NCBI GenBank assembly: GCA_963681965.1
Contig: OY820579.1
Location: forward strand, 3,744,001-3,808,000
Reading direction: 5' to 3'
DNA: 64,000 nt
Source of the DNA: a bacterium
GTDB lineage: Bacteria > Electryoneota > JAOADG01
Shown: positions 51,210 through 60,788 of the stretch, piece by piece
Numbering within the stretch: the stretch's first letter is position 1
Layout: every line of letters starts with the position of its first letter
Translations under genes and position numbers: made by a program
The notes under the pieces: model-generated
Seen by the model: the letters and a program-made list of their open reading frames with translations, nothing else
Told to the model about the DNA's origin: nothing
The model's database searches: none

Positions 51210-52133
51210 TTAATTGTCGCCGGTGGTGGTGGGATTGGTACTGGCAAAGACCTCGTGTTTGATCACGCGATCGAATGCGACATCCAGCCATTCACCCAAC
51301 TGATAGACGACATTGATCACCAGCAATTTGAACAACCGCTCTTCGCGCTGGCGGAAAAACATCAACGATTCATGCAACGGAAACCGGATAATTTTGGTCT
51401 CGGTTTCTGCCACGATCCGTACCGGACGAATGGAAAAGTTCAGTAACGCAGCGCTTCCCCAGGCATCACCGGAAAACAGATGCATAATATTGTAACCACC
51501 GCGCTCGACCGACAATCGCCCCGATAGAACGACCACCACGCCGGCGGTATTTGCCGAATCCCACACGATCTCATCGCCAGTCGCCATCACCGCTTCGCGA
51601 CCGATCGATCGGAACGCTTGATACTCCTCGCGACGCCACCCGCGGAACATCTTGGGCAACGAGGGATCGGGTTGCGATTTGCGCGATTCGATTGCGCCGA
51701 TAAACGATCGGAGTTTTTCGAGATCGGCTTCGGCGCGTTTCTTCTCGTTGATTGCGGAAATATTGTTGAAGGCGTTCCGCAACGTAATCTTCAATTCTTC
51801 CAGCGCCAATGGTTTTGCAAGAAAGTCGTAGGCGCCATGCTTCATCGCTTCGCGCATCATATCGCGGCTATCGTGTCCGGACAATACGATGATCGGCATC
51901 GGCACTTGCCGCGAATGCAGTTCGAGCATCAATTGAAATCCGCTCATCCCCGGCATCACCAGATCGGTAATGATTAAATCGAATTGGTCATGATCGATTT
52001 TCACCAGCGCTTCTTCGCCGGAATTTGCGACAGTGACTTCGAAATCGAGTTCGCGAAGCGTTGCTTCAAGGTAATTCGTGATATCGGCATCGTCGTCGAC
52101 TACCAGTATCGAATGGCGTTCGTCCGAGGTCAT
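51210..52133 (-). CDS. Response regulator with a C-terminal cyclic-nucleotide-binding-like domain
   Basis: ILVVDDD, D..MPG.SG, GAYDFL.KP; C-terminal GDEI...VVLSG.L.V...GD.WG..ALL...VAET. Confidence 0.8.
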   Translation of the reverse strand: MTSDERHSILVVDDDADITNYLEATLRELDFEVTVANSGEEALVKIDHDQFDLIITDLVMPGMSGFQLMLELHSRQVPMPIIVLSGHDSRDMMREAMKHGAYDFLAKPLALEELKITLRNAFNNISAINEKKRAEADLEKLRSFIGAIESRKSQPDPSLPKMFRGWRREEYQAFRSIGREAVMATGDEIVWDSANTAGVVVVLSGRLSVERGGYNIMHLFSGDAWGSAALLNFSIRPVRIVAETETKIIRFPLHESLMFFRQREERLFKLLVINVVYQLGEWLDVAFDRVIKHEVFASTNPTTTGDN

Positions 52134-53011
52134 AGCATTTCCTCCGACAACTCTTCCAACTTCTTGAACTCTTCAGGCAAGCTCTTCAATCGCGAAGTAT
52201 AGAGTTGAATCATTTGTGCGTCGGCTGACGGTAGTAGGATACGAAGTAGTTCCGGATGCTCGAGAACATCCTCGGGAGTGATTGGCGCTTCATCGCCGGG
52301 ACGCCAACTGCACATCCGATCGGAAAAGTGAATGATCCGGGTCAAGACCGGTTTGAACGAACTTTTTTCGGGATGATGATGCCACCGCAACGTTTCGATC
52401 ATCGTCGCGGAGAAGCGCCACCGTTCGGCGATGTAACCGGAGATCTCGGAGTGATCGTTTCCGAGTTCCTGAGTTTCAATTTCGCTCGGCGATTCGCCCC
52501 GCGATACGGCATCGACAATGTGACCGAATTCTTCCGGGAAATATTCGAGAATAATGATATGTCCGAGATCGTGAAGCAGACCCGCAATAAATTCCTCGCC
52601 TGCAGTCTGCTGGACTAAATCGAGTTTCTTGCACAGTAGCCGGGCGGTCAAACCGGTCATCAAACTATGTCGCCACAAAACCCGGCGATCGAACGACCGG
52701 GTACCGATATGCGCGAATGCATTCACCACACCGACACTGGACACGATGGCAATTACTTCGTTGAGACCCAGTGTAAGAAACGCAGTTTCCAGCGAACTGG
52801 TGGGTTGGCGACGACCGAAATAAGAACTGTTGGCAATGCGAAGAATGCGCGATACGAGTGCCGGATCGCGATAAACAATCTGTTTCAACGCGCTGAAATC
52901 GACATTGGGATCTTGCAGCGCGCCTAAAATTTCGTACAGGATACTCGGCAAAGTCGGCAGATTCGTCAACGAGGAGAGTTGTGCTAGAGCGTATCCGTGT
53001 TCCCGTGCCAT
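52130..53011 (-). CDS. HDOD-domain protein
   Basis: LPTLP, DPAL..RILRIANS, A...LG, WRHS, AGLLHDLG, H..I....A.RW, .WHH.P. Confidence 0.93.
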   Translation of the reverse strand: MAREHGYALAQLSSLTNLPTLPSILYEILGALQDPNVDFSALKQIVYRDPALVSRILRIANSSYFGRRQPTSSLETAFLTLGLNEVIAIVSSVGVVNAFAHIGTRSFDRRVLWRHSLMTGLTARLLCKKLDLVQQTAGEEFIAGLLHDLGHIIILEYFPEEFGHIVDAVSRGESPSEIETQELGNDHSEISGYIAERWRFSATMIETLRWHHHPEKSSFKPVLTRIIHFSDRMCSWRPGDEAPITPEDVLEHPELLRILLPSADAQMIQLYTSRLKSLPEEFKKLEELSEEML

Positions 53012-54840
53012 TAATCCTCCGTGGTCGTAGCCACGACTTCTTCAATCGACGTGACACCTTGTTTAATTCGTTCGCGTCCACTGGCACGCAACGTAAGCAT
53101 GCCCTGCGATACTGCGATTTCACGCAACCCTTCTTCATCGATATCGGTCTTGCTGCTCAAAACCAATTGACGAATTTCGCGCGAGAAGAATAGGGCTTCG
53201 TGAATTGCTGCTCGTCCCTTGTAGCCATTGTTGCACATTTCGCAACCGACGGCTTCGTAGAACGACACATGTTCGACTTCGTCTTCGGTAAATCCGAGCA
53301 TCAAAGCCGCTTTTCGATCGTAAGTGTCGGTCGGTCGTTTACAATTTTTACAGAGTGTGCGCAAGAGTCGTTGTGCCACGATGATGTTCATCGCGGTAGC
53401 GATCAAGAACGGTTCGACGCCCATTTTGTACATACGGGAAACGGCGCTGGGAGCATCGTTCGTGTGCAGCGTCGAAAAGGTCAAGTGACCGGTGTTGGCG
53501 AGTTTCACACCGATATCCGCGGTCATCTTATCGCGCATTTCACCGACCATAACGATGTCGGGGTCGTGTCGGAGGATACCGCGAATCGCCATTTCAAAGT
53601 CGAGCGCCGCCGATAGTTTCAATTGCCGCGCGCCGCGAATCATGTATTCAACCGGGTCTTCCACCGTCAAAATACATTTTTCCGGAGTGATCACTTGGTA
53701 CAACGCTGCGAGCAGGGTCGTCGATTTACCGCTACCGGTCGGACCGGTGAGGATGACCATTCCCTGCGGTCGATTGATCGCGCGTAAAAAGTCGCGTTTC
53801 GCCTGATCGTGGAATCCGAGTTTCGATAAGTCGGTAATCACTTTCCGGTCGTCGAGAATACGAATAACGATCGATTCGTACTTCCGCTTGAAGTCCTGCG
53901 AGACGATCGGCATGATGCTGACACGGAACCGGATAATTGCATTGTCGATCGGTCGTTGAATAAAACCGTCTTGCGACGCATCCCAAATAAACCGGTCGAC
54001 GTTGCGGGTACGGTCTTTCACAACTGCCGAAATCGTTTCCGGTTTAAAATTCTCCTGGGCATACCAGAGTCGCAATTTACCGTCGACGCGGAACCAGAAT
54101 TCGGTGCGATTGCCGATTTGCGGAATGATGTGAATATCGCTCGCGCCCTGTCGCACGGCCTCGATCAAGCACCCTTCGACCAAATTGGTCAAAATCGAAC
54201 GGTTCATTTCGAGGTCGAGTGAAACCTCTTCTTCCCCTTCCTCGTCTTGCGGAGGGGGTTGGTAATCGCCGGCGATTTCCTCGATGAGTGCCAGAAATTC
54301 GTTCTGCGGCGTCTCGACTTTGTTGATCAGTAGTTCCAATTCCTTTTTCGGTGCGAACGCCAATTCGTACTTCGTCACCTTCAATTGGAATAGCAACAAA
54401 TTCAACGCGGGATCGGTCGGATCTTCAGTCAGAAAAACGACTGCTTCATTCTTGGAATAGTCGATCTTAAACGGGATTAACAGTGCCTGCTGCAATCTCT
54501 GGCTGGCTTCCTTGCCAATCGTTTCGAGATAACTGCGGATAAAATTCACGCGATATTCGTCGATCGCTTCGGTGGTTAGATCGACTTCGGTAAACCCATA
54601 AATCTGCGCGATCGACCGGAATACCTTGTCGCGATCGCAACCGATTTCCGTCGCAAGAATTTCACCCAGTCGTCTGCGATTGGGTCCTTCCCGGCGTTGG
54701 ATTTCAAGGGCATGAGAAACTTGTTCGGAGGTCGCAATATTTTCCGAAATCAGTTTCTCGCCGAGTCGGGGAACTTGAACTTCCTCAAGTCCAGTACGTT
54801 TCGCCGGACGGGTACTAGCGATGTTAGGGGATTTCAACAT
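53011..54840 (-). CDS. pilB: Type IV pilus assembly ATPase (GspE/PilB) with MshEN-like N-terminus
   Basis: GASDIHI, RVDG.L, TGPTGSGKSTTL, TVEDPVEY, LRHDPD..MVGEMRD, TGHL..STLHTND, C..C...GC..C..GYKGR. Confidence 0.93.
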   Translation of the reverse strand: MLKSPNIASTRPAKRTGLEEVQVPRLGEKLISENIATSEQVSHALEIQRREGPNRRRLGEILATEIGCDRDKVFRSIAQIYGFTEVDLTTEAIDEYRVNFIRSYLETIGKEASQRLQQALLIPFKIDYSKNEAVVFLTEDPTDPALNLLLFQLKVTKYELAFAPKKELELLINKVETPQNEFLALIEEIAGDYQPPPQDEEGEEEVSLDLEMNRSILTNLVEGCLIEAVRQGASDIHIIPQIGNRTEFWFRVDGKLRLWYAQENFKPETISAVVKDRTRNVDRFIWDASQDGFIQRPIDNAIIRFRVSIMPIVSQDFKRKYESIVIRILDDRKVITDLSKLGFHDQAKRDFLRAINRPQGMVILTGPTGSGKSTTLLAALYQVITPEKCILTVEDPVEYMIRGARQLKLSAALDFEMAIRGILRHDPDIVMVGEMRDKMTADIGVKLANTGHLTFSTLHTNDAPSAVSRMYKMGVEPFLIATAMNIIVAQRLLRTLCKNCKRPTDTYDRKAALMLGFTEDEVEHVSFYEAVGCEMCNNGYKGRAAIHEALFFSREIRQLVLSSKTDIDEEGLREIAVSQGMLTLRASGRERIKQGVTSIEEVVATTTED

Positions 54841-55118
54841 TCAAATAGTTCGTTCCGATTCTATGGTTTTCACGCTCAGATTGCGTGTTGAAAAATAGAT
54901 GGGAATAGCGACCGTATCTCGGTTTGGGGTATCGATATCGATCGTAACAACTTACATGGAATTGCTTCGGTTTTGCAAGTTGTGAAAGCGGAAATTAGCA
55001 ATTTTATGAGAACTTACAGATAACTATCGTTCCAGTCCGGTTTTCGGTGGGACGAATAGCTGCTTTTAAACGATAGGACACCCAGTGTTTACCGAAAAAG
55101 TGCCCAATATTTCAGAAT

Positions 55119-55385
55119 TTAACCCAATATTTGCGGAATAGTCGATAGGGACTTACCAATTACATGATGCCACTTATCCAAGATCGAACCGTCGCTTTCG
55201 CGAAAAAGATCGACGTAAGTGGTCACTTCCAATAGATGCCACTGCCCCGATTTATCCGCTAAGTACTTCCGGTAGTGATCCGCGAACAGTTCATATTTTG
55301 TGTGCAGATCGGTGAAAACCCCATCGCCCGAATTCATTAATTTATTGGCAACGAGCCACTGTTCCAGTTGTGTTTGTGTAATCAT
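55119..55385 (-). CDS. Small hypothetical protein (88 aa)
   Basis: GGGGGGA RBS before ATG at 55385; host-like codon use in this part of the longer ORF. Confidence 0.6.
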   Translation of the reverse strand: MITQTQLEQWLVANKLMNSGDGVFTDLHTKYELFADHYRKYLADKSGQWHLLEVTTYVDLFRESDGSILDKWHHVIGKSLSTIPQILG

Positions 55386-55773
55386 GATTCCCCCCTGTTG
55401 CAATACTTCAAACATACATTCCGAAGACGAGCACGACAAGTAGTACGAAAATTGAACATCGGTAATTTTTGCTTGCGGAAGGGAGAGAAATATGATATGT
55501 TTTTGTGTCCAGTTAGGAATGTAGTAGAGATTAAGGGGATGTTTGTTCACTAGTCACTTTTCATTGGATATTGATCTTGGTCACTATCTTAGACAAAATC
55601 TTCGAAGATCAGATTGCGCAATTGCTCAATATTTCGTTTGTCTGCCAATCGATCCTCGCGATTTCGAACAAATATAGATACAAATGAGATAATAATTAAG
55701 AGCGATCTGTAAAGAGAAAAGTGTTTTTATTTTCCTAAAGAAGAAGCTGTTAATTTTCAAAATCGGAGATCAT

Positions 55774-56790
55774 GTGTACGAAGCCAGAATACCAATAATC
55801 AAAGAATTGGAAGATGCGCGTAAATCCAAAGTCATAATTTACGTGACTGGAGACAGACCACCCAATTTCCAGACTCAAATTCACCCTGAAGTTATTGATT
55901 TTTTTGCTGATCATCTTGATCGATTTGAAACTACAGATAAAATTTCTTTATATCTGTACAGCGAAGGTGGAATCACTTTAGCAGGATGGAGTATCGTCAA
56001 CTTAATCAGACAATATTGTAACGAACTTGAAGTCATCATACCTAGAAAAGCGCATAGCACTGCAACTCTCATTGCGATCGGTGCTAACTCGATAGTTATG
56101 ACGAAACAAGCTACATTAGGTCCAGTAGATCCAAGTGTAAATGGACCATTAAATCCGATCAATCCAGCGCATCAGATACCTGGACAACCACTAACAGTAC
56201 CAATAAGTGTTGAGGCAGTTATCAGCTTTGGTCAGTTAGCACGAGATGAATTTGGTTTAAATGATAATGAACTAGAAAGAATTTATTTAAAACTGTCTGA
56301 TATGGTTCATCCGCTTGCATTGGGAGAAGTGTATCGAGCGAGAACTCAAATAAAAATGTTGGCAGGGAAATTGCTCGATCATCATATGAAAGATAAAAGC
56401 ATAAAGGAAAAAATCATTGCCTTTCTTTGTAGCGAATCTGGTAGTCATGACTATACGATCAATAAAAGAGAGGCACAAGAATTGGGTCTTCCAATTGTCG
56501 AACCAAGTGTTTCGGAATATAATATCATTAAACGTTTGTATGACGATATAAAACTTGAACTAAAATTAAAAGAACCTTTTAACCCGATAATAGAACTCGG
56601 AGAGGTTGATGAAAAGAACTATTCAGTTGCTCGATGCTTGATAGAAAGTGCATATTCAGGGTCACATAAGTTTTTTACACACGGATTGTTACGAAGGAGT
56701 GGCTTGATTGGCGGTTCTGGTCAGGTTAACGTTCCTCAAGTTATTGATTTAAGGTTGCAAGAAGGGTGGGAACATGAACGAATTCAGTAA
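55774..56790 (+). CDS. SDH-family (ClpP/crotonase-fold) serine protease
   Basis: LYLYSEGG, IP..AHSTATLIA (Ser), LGPVDP (Asp), SHDYTI...EA..LGL (His); GGAG RBS; AT-rich. Confidence 0.85.
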   Translation: MYEARIPIIKELEDARKSKVIIYVTGDRPPNFQTQIHPEVIDFFADHLDRFETTDKISLYLYSEGGITLAGWSIVNLIRQYCNELEVIIPRKAHSTATLIAIGANSIVMTKQATLGPVDPSVNGPLNPINPAHQIPGQPLTVPISVEAVISFGQLARDEFGLNDNELERIYLKLSDMVHPLALGEVYRARTQIKMLAGKLLDHHMKDKSIKEKIIAFLCSESGSHDYTINKREAQELGLPIVEPSVSEYNIIKRLYDDIKLELKLKEPFNPIIELGEVDEKNYSVARCLIESAYSGSHKFFTHGLLRRSGLIGGSGQVNVPQVIDLRLQEGWEHERIQ

Positions 56791-56980
56791 TAGCCGATTA
56801 ACAAGCTCAGGTAGTTTCTTAAATTACCAAACATATTCTTCTACAGGATGTTTTGCGCCAACATCTATGTTGCCTATAGAATATAATTTAATTCAAGACG
56901 GATTTAATGCTCTTATTGGTGCTTGGCCAGGAACCGAAACCGATGAAGAAATTGAAGATATTTTGAATGATGTTGAATGA
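56774..56980 (+). CDS. Small acidic protein, putative antitoxin
   Basis: Overlaps the protease stop and the PIN start (ATGA); C-terminal G.WPG.ETDEEIEDIL acidic helix. Confidence 0.6.
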   Translation: MNEFSNSRLTSSGSFLNYQTYSSTGCFAPTSMLPIEYNLIQDGFNALIGAWPGTETDEEIEDILNDVE

Positions 56981-57429
56981 CTCCAACATGTAGCACTTTC
57001 ATTCTAGACACGTGGGTGCTAGTCCATTATTGCCGATGGAGTGAGACTGCTCAATCAATTGAGAGCAAACTATCATTAACAACGGCTATACCAAGACCAT
57101 TGATTTGTGAAGTATCGATAGGTGAAATATTATCGATTTCTCGATATAGAAATTGGGGTAAACATAAATCAAACATTTTGAAACAAATGATCTCAAGTCT
57201 AAATATTATAAATATTTCTAACCTTGGAATTTACGAGAAATATTCAGAAATAGACGCGTTTTCTAGATCTAATGGAAGCAAGATGGGAAAAAACGATCTT
57301 TGGATCGCAGCTACATCAATTGTTTACAACTGTTGTTTATTGACTGGTGACAATGATTATAATTTATTAGCAAATAACAAAATACTACACAGAGTATTAT
57401 TTGACAAAACTGGAGCAATAATTAATTAA
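56977..57429 (+). CDS. PIN-domain ribonuclease (VapC-like toxin)
   Basis: ILDT, S.GE, MGKNDLWIAAT, LLTGDND acidic tetrad. Confidence 0.9.
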   Translation: MTPTCSTFILDTWVLVHYCRWSETAQSIESKLSLTTAIPRPLICEVSIGEILSISRYRNWGKHKSNILKQMISSLNIINISNLGIYEKYSEIDAFSRSNGSKMGKNDLWIAATSIVYNCCLLTGDNDYNLLANNKILHRVLFDKTGAIIN

Positions 57430-57567
57430 GAGCTATAACAGAAGTTTCCTGTCAATTAATTAACTGCAATAAAATATGGTTTTTAAACGGATTAAAGTAT
57501 TTAACTATACAACAATTTCAACAATATATTAACTTGATTAAGCTTCTGAAAAAGTTCCATTTCCCCC

Positions 57568-58578
57568 CTATTCCACCACCCTAAACCCCTTCCGCTCCTC
57601 TTGGAAACGCTTAAAGGCGCGCATGGCAAACCAGATCGGATTGGTCGCTTTCTGAACCCGATACACTGGATACGGTGTTGCCCCGAGCAACCGGAAGAAC
57701 CCTTCGATGCCCGGCATCACCGACCCGCTGAAATTGTATTTCCGACCGGAATCGAGTGCATCCTTGATCATCGCATGATACACAATTAGATTGGCAAAGT
57801 TTTTACTGTTCCGGTATTTGTTCGAGACGGCACTGACGACACCCGAGGAAATGGTATCGGTATAAAGCACGTAGCTCATTGCCAATAGGTGCCGTTCGGA
57901 GTCACGCACGGCATAGGTTTTCACACAATCGTATTTCGGTTGGAACCGGAACACCTTCTGCATCGTTTCCACCGGCACGTTAAAGCCGGTCATATCGCGG
58001 GTTTCGCACAACATTTCGACAATATTTTCCGGTGTCGCCGGTTCAACGATGAGATTTCCCGCTTCGACTTCGCGCAATGCCTGTTTCAGATTCTGTTTTT
58101 TCTTCTTCGCCATCCCGCCCATGAATTCGTCGTAGGTACCTTCGGCGATATAGTGATAGCGCACATCCGTCTGAAAGCCATTCCAGATATACGGCAACAT
58201 ATCGGTTGTACCGGGGACAGTGAAATCGTACGAACCGACCTTCGGTAAGCTCGTCAATAACCGTTGTACCATTTGCAAATCATCGGTGTGCGCCGTTCCG
58301 CGCGGCGTGCGGGTCGAGGGGGTGATCAGTGGACCGATCAGCGCCGTATAGGGCAATCCGTGAAAACCGCCGATGCCGTATCGTTTGGTTTTTACCAGCG
58401 CGATTCCGCCACAGATCCGGTGCGTTTCATCGAGCAGGGTGTAGACATATAGATCGTTGCCAAATGCCGCCAACCAATCGGATGTGTGATTGATGGAACC
58501 TTCGGGATGCGACCGCACATATTGGTTCCAACTATCATATTCATCAGATGTTAGCCGATTTACCGTCCATTCTTCCAT
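57568..58578 (-). CDS. GNAT/FemAB-like acyltransferase (polysaccharide-modification type)
   Basis: W..YV.....I.H...WL, P..WNGF....RY.Y, YNFSGS..PGIE.FF..LGA. Confidence 0.78.
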   Translation of the reverse strand: MEEWTVNRLTSDEYDSWNQYVRSHPEGSINHTSDWLAAFGNDLYVYTLLDETHRICGGIALVKTKRYGIGGFHGLPYTALIGPLITPSTRTPRGTAHTDDLQMVQRLLTSLPKVGSYDFTVPGTTDMLPYIWNGFQTDVRYHYIAEGTYDEFMGGMAKKKKQNLKQALREVEAGNLIVEPATPENIVEMLCETRDMTGFNVPVETMQKVFRFQPKYDCVKTYAVRDSERHLLAMSYVLYTDTISSGVVSAVSNKYRNSKNFANLIVYHAMIKDALDSGRKYNFSGSVMPGIEGFFRLLGATPYPVYRVQKATNPIWFAMRAFKRFQEERKGFRVVE

Positions 58579-58678
58579 CTCGAATAATCCCTATTGTGGC
58601 AATTCAATATAATAGATCTAATGCAATGAATCGCGCTATCTCACGTAGATTTTCGATCAATCGATCGGATAAACTACG

Positions 58679-58707
58679 AAAACCCGTTCTGATTGAACGG
58701 GTTTCGC
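58679..58707 (-). terminator. Terminator after tRNA-Leu
   Basis: AAACCCGTTC/GAACGGGTTT stem. Confidence 0.65.
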
Positions 58708-58714
58708 ATGAAAT

Positions 58715-58801
58715 TGGTGCCGGAAGGGGGACTTGAACCCCCACTCTCCGAAGAGAACTAGTCCCTGAAACTAGCGCGTCTGCCAATTCCACCATTCCGG
58801 C
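58715..58801 (-). tRNA. tRNA-Leu (CAG)
   Basis: GCCGGAA acceptor stem, D-loop TGGAATTGGCAGAC, anticodon arm CTAGT-TTCAGGG-ACTAG, long variable arm, GGTTCAAGTCC, encoded CCA; 87 nt. Confidence 0.97.
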
Positions 58802-58867
58802 GCGCGGAAAATATACGCTCACCGTTTCGGGAAAGCAAATCGCTTCGAACCATCGACCAGTTGAAAA

Positions 58868-60040
58868 GTGACGATAGACAAACTACCTTGCAGCATGAAT
58901 ATTCTGGTCGCAACGTCGTCTTTTCCCCCCGAAGTCGGTGGCACGGCAGCCTATACCTTCGAAATCTGCCGCGGTCTACTCCGGCAACGCTACGACATTA
59001 CCTTGTGGACCAAATCCTCCGTCATCAAACAGGGTGAAATCCCGCCCGGTTTCGATGTCATCACCGTCGAAGATTCCCAATTCACCGCTAGCTGGTTGCG
59101 CCGTCACCGGAGCGAATTGGCATGGCAGGAAGTGCTCCGCAACGCTCCGCCCGATCTGGTGCTCGTTCCGAAACTGGACGCATTTTCCAGCGAACCGCTG
59201 TTTTGGGCACGCGAACACAAAATCCCGTTCGCAGTCATTCTTCACGGCAACGAAACCATTTCGAAGAACGATCCATTGCTCGCAGCACCCCGGATCTTCA
59301 CGGTATCGAATGCGGTACGGCAACGCCTACCCGAACCGTTAATCGATCGCTCGATCGTCATTGCGAACGGCGTCGATACGATGCGCTTTAGCGTCGGCAA
59401 GCCCGATCAATCCGCCTTGGAACGTATCGAACTACTATCAGTTCCCCCCGGCATCCTGAATGTCGGAAGCTGGCTCCCATTCAAAGGGCAAGCACTGTTA
59501 CTCGAAGCCATGACTCATCTCGAACCACCTCCCGCTGGACCGGAACTATGGCTGGTCGGCAGTGGTCCCGAAGAACGAAAGCTGCGCCAGCTTGCCGATA
59601 AATATCACCTGTTCGACCGGATTCGCTGGTTAGGTCAAATCAACGACGAAGAACTGATTTCAGTCTATCGCTCGGCACAATTCGTCGTCTTGGCATCGAA
59701 CGGAACGACTTTCGGGGCACTGGAAGGATTCGGATTACCGGTACTGGAAGCCGCTGCGTGCGGGAAACCGGCGGTAGTATCGAACAACGGTGGTCTACCT
59801 GAGGCAGTTGTCACCGGCGAAACCGGTATCGTCGTCGAAGACCCGTCGCCAGCCGCGTTTGCTGCCGCGATCAAACAACTATGGTCGCAACCAGAGTTGC
59901 GGGCGAAAATGGGGCAAGCTGCACGGGAACGTGCAACACAGGATTTTACTTGGGAAGCGATCCTGCAAAAACTGGGGCGCGAATTGCGCAAGATCATCAA
60001 CGAGAATAAACAAGCCGTCGAGAATGAGCATGAAGAATAA
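58868..60040 (+). CDS. Glycosyltransferase family 4 (start possibly 58895)
   Basis: FPP.VGG, HG.E, NGVD..RF, KG, EGFGLP.LEAAACGKP, GG.PE.V..GETG. Confidence 0.93.
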   Translation: MTIDKLPCSMNILVATSSFPPEVGGTAAYTFEICRGLLRQRYDITLWTKSSVIKQGEIPPGFDVITVEDSQFTASWLRRHRSELAWQEVLRNAPPDLVLVPKLDAFSSEPLFWAREHKIPFAVILHGNETISKNDPLLAAPRIFTVSNAVRQRLPEPLIDRSIVIANGVDTMRFSVGKPDQSALERIELLSVPPGILNVGSWLPFKGQALLLEAMTHLEPPPAGPELWLVGSGPEERKLRQLADKYHLFDRIRWLGQINDEELISVYRSAQFVVLASNGTTFGALEGFGLPVLEAAACGKPAVVSNNGGLPEAVVTGETGIVVEDPSPAAFAAAIKQLWSQPELRAKMGQAARERATQDFTWEAILQKLGRELRKIINENKQAVENEHEE

Positions 60041-60788
60041 ACCCGAAGCGAACAAAGATGCCCTCCCTGTTCTGATTACCGGTTCCATTCAATTGGATCG
60101 CAATATTCCGATCATCGAACGCATCACCCACGACACCCCCTACGGGAAAGTGGAAGGGTATCGCTCGGAATCGTGTCTGGTCATCCTCCGCCACGGCTGG
60201 AGCAATCGCACACCTCCCCATCTGATCAATCATCGTGCCAATCTCTGGGCGGCAAAATCGCTCGGTTCGTTCGTTTTCTCGACTGGATCGGTCGGCTCGC
60301 TTGACCTCGATGCCCCTCCCGGATCGCTCGCGCTTCCCGACGATATTTTTTCGCCGTTCCACGTCGAAACCATCAGCAGCGACGAAGATCGCATCCATGT
60401 CGTACCGGAATTCGACAGCCGCCTGCGCCGAATCATCATCACCGAATTGGCTTTTGCCGACATCGAATTTATCGACGGTGGCGTCTATGCGCAGACCCGC
60501 GGTCCGCGTTTCGAAACCCGTGCCGAAATCGGTTGGCTATCGGATTATGCGCATTTTGTCGGAATGACCTGTGCCTCGGAGTTGACGATTGCCTCGGAAT
60601 TGCAATTGCCCTACGCGTTACTGGTCAGCATCGATAACTGGGGCAACGGTCTCGGTCCGAAACCGTTGACGATGGATGAGTATTTAATCGGGGTCGAACG
60701 GAATCATCAGTCGGTTTGCGAGGCAATCGGAATCATCTTGCCGGCATTGAAACGTGCCGCCGAGACCGGTTTTGGCAACGCTTCGTAA
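60030..60788 (+). CDS. MTAP-family purine nucleoside phosphorylase
   Basis: ITGS, TPYG, RHG..PPH.INHRAN, SVGSL, GPRFET.AE, VGMT..SE, IDN; start at 60030 or 60024. Confidence 0.88.
   Translation: MKNKPEANKDALPVLITGSIQLDRNIPIIERITHDTPYGKVEGYRSESCLVILRHGWSNRTPPHLINHRANLWAAKSLGSFVFSTGSVGSLDLDAPPGSLALPDDIFSPFHVETISSDEDRIHVVPEFDSRLRRIIITELAFADIEFIDGGVYAQTRGPRFETRAEIGWLSDYAHFVGMTCASELTIASELQLPYALLVSIDNWGNGLGPKPLTMDEYLIGVERNHQSVCEAIGIILPALKRAAETGFGNAS

Noticed and set aside
55119-58801. Integrative island at the tRNA-Leu 3' end
   Set aside because: No integrase and no duplicated tRNA 3' end seen; the intervening GNAT gene has host-like composition
59790-60029. N-terminal extension of the phosphorylase
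   Set aside because: Overlaps the glycosyltransferase in another frame; homology motifs begin after 60030
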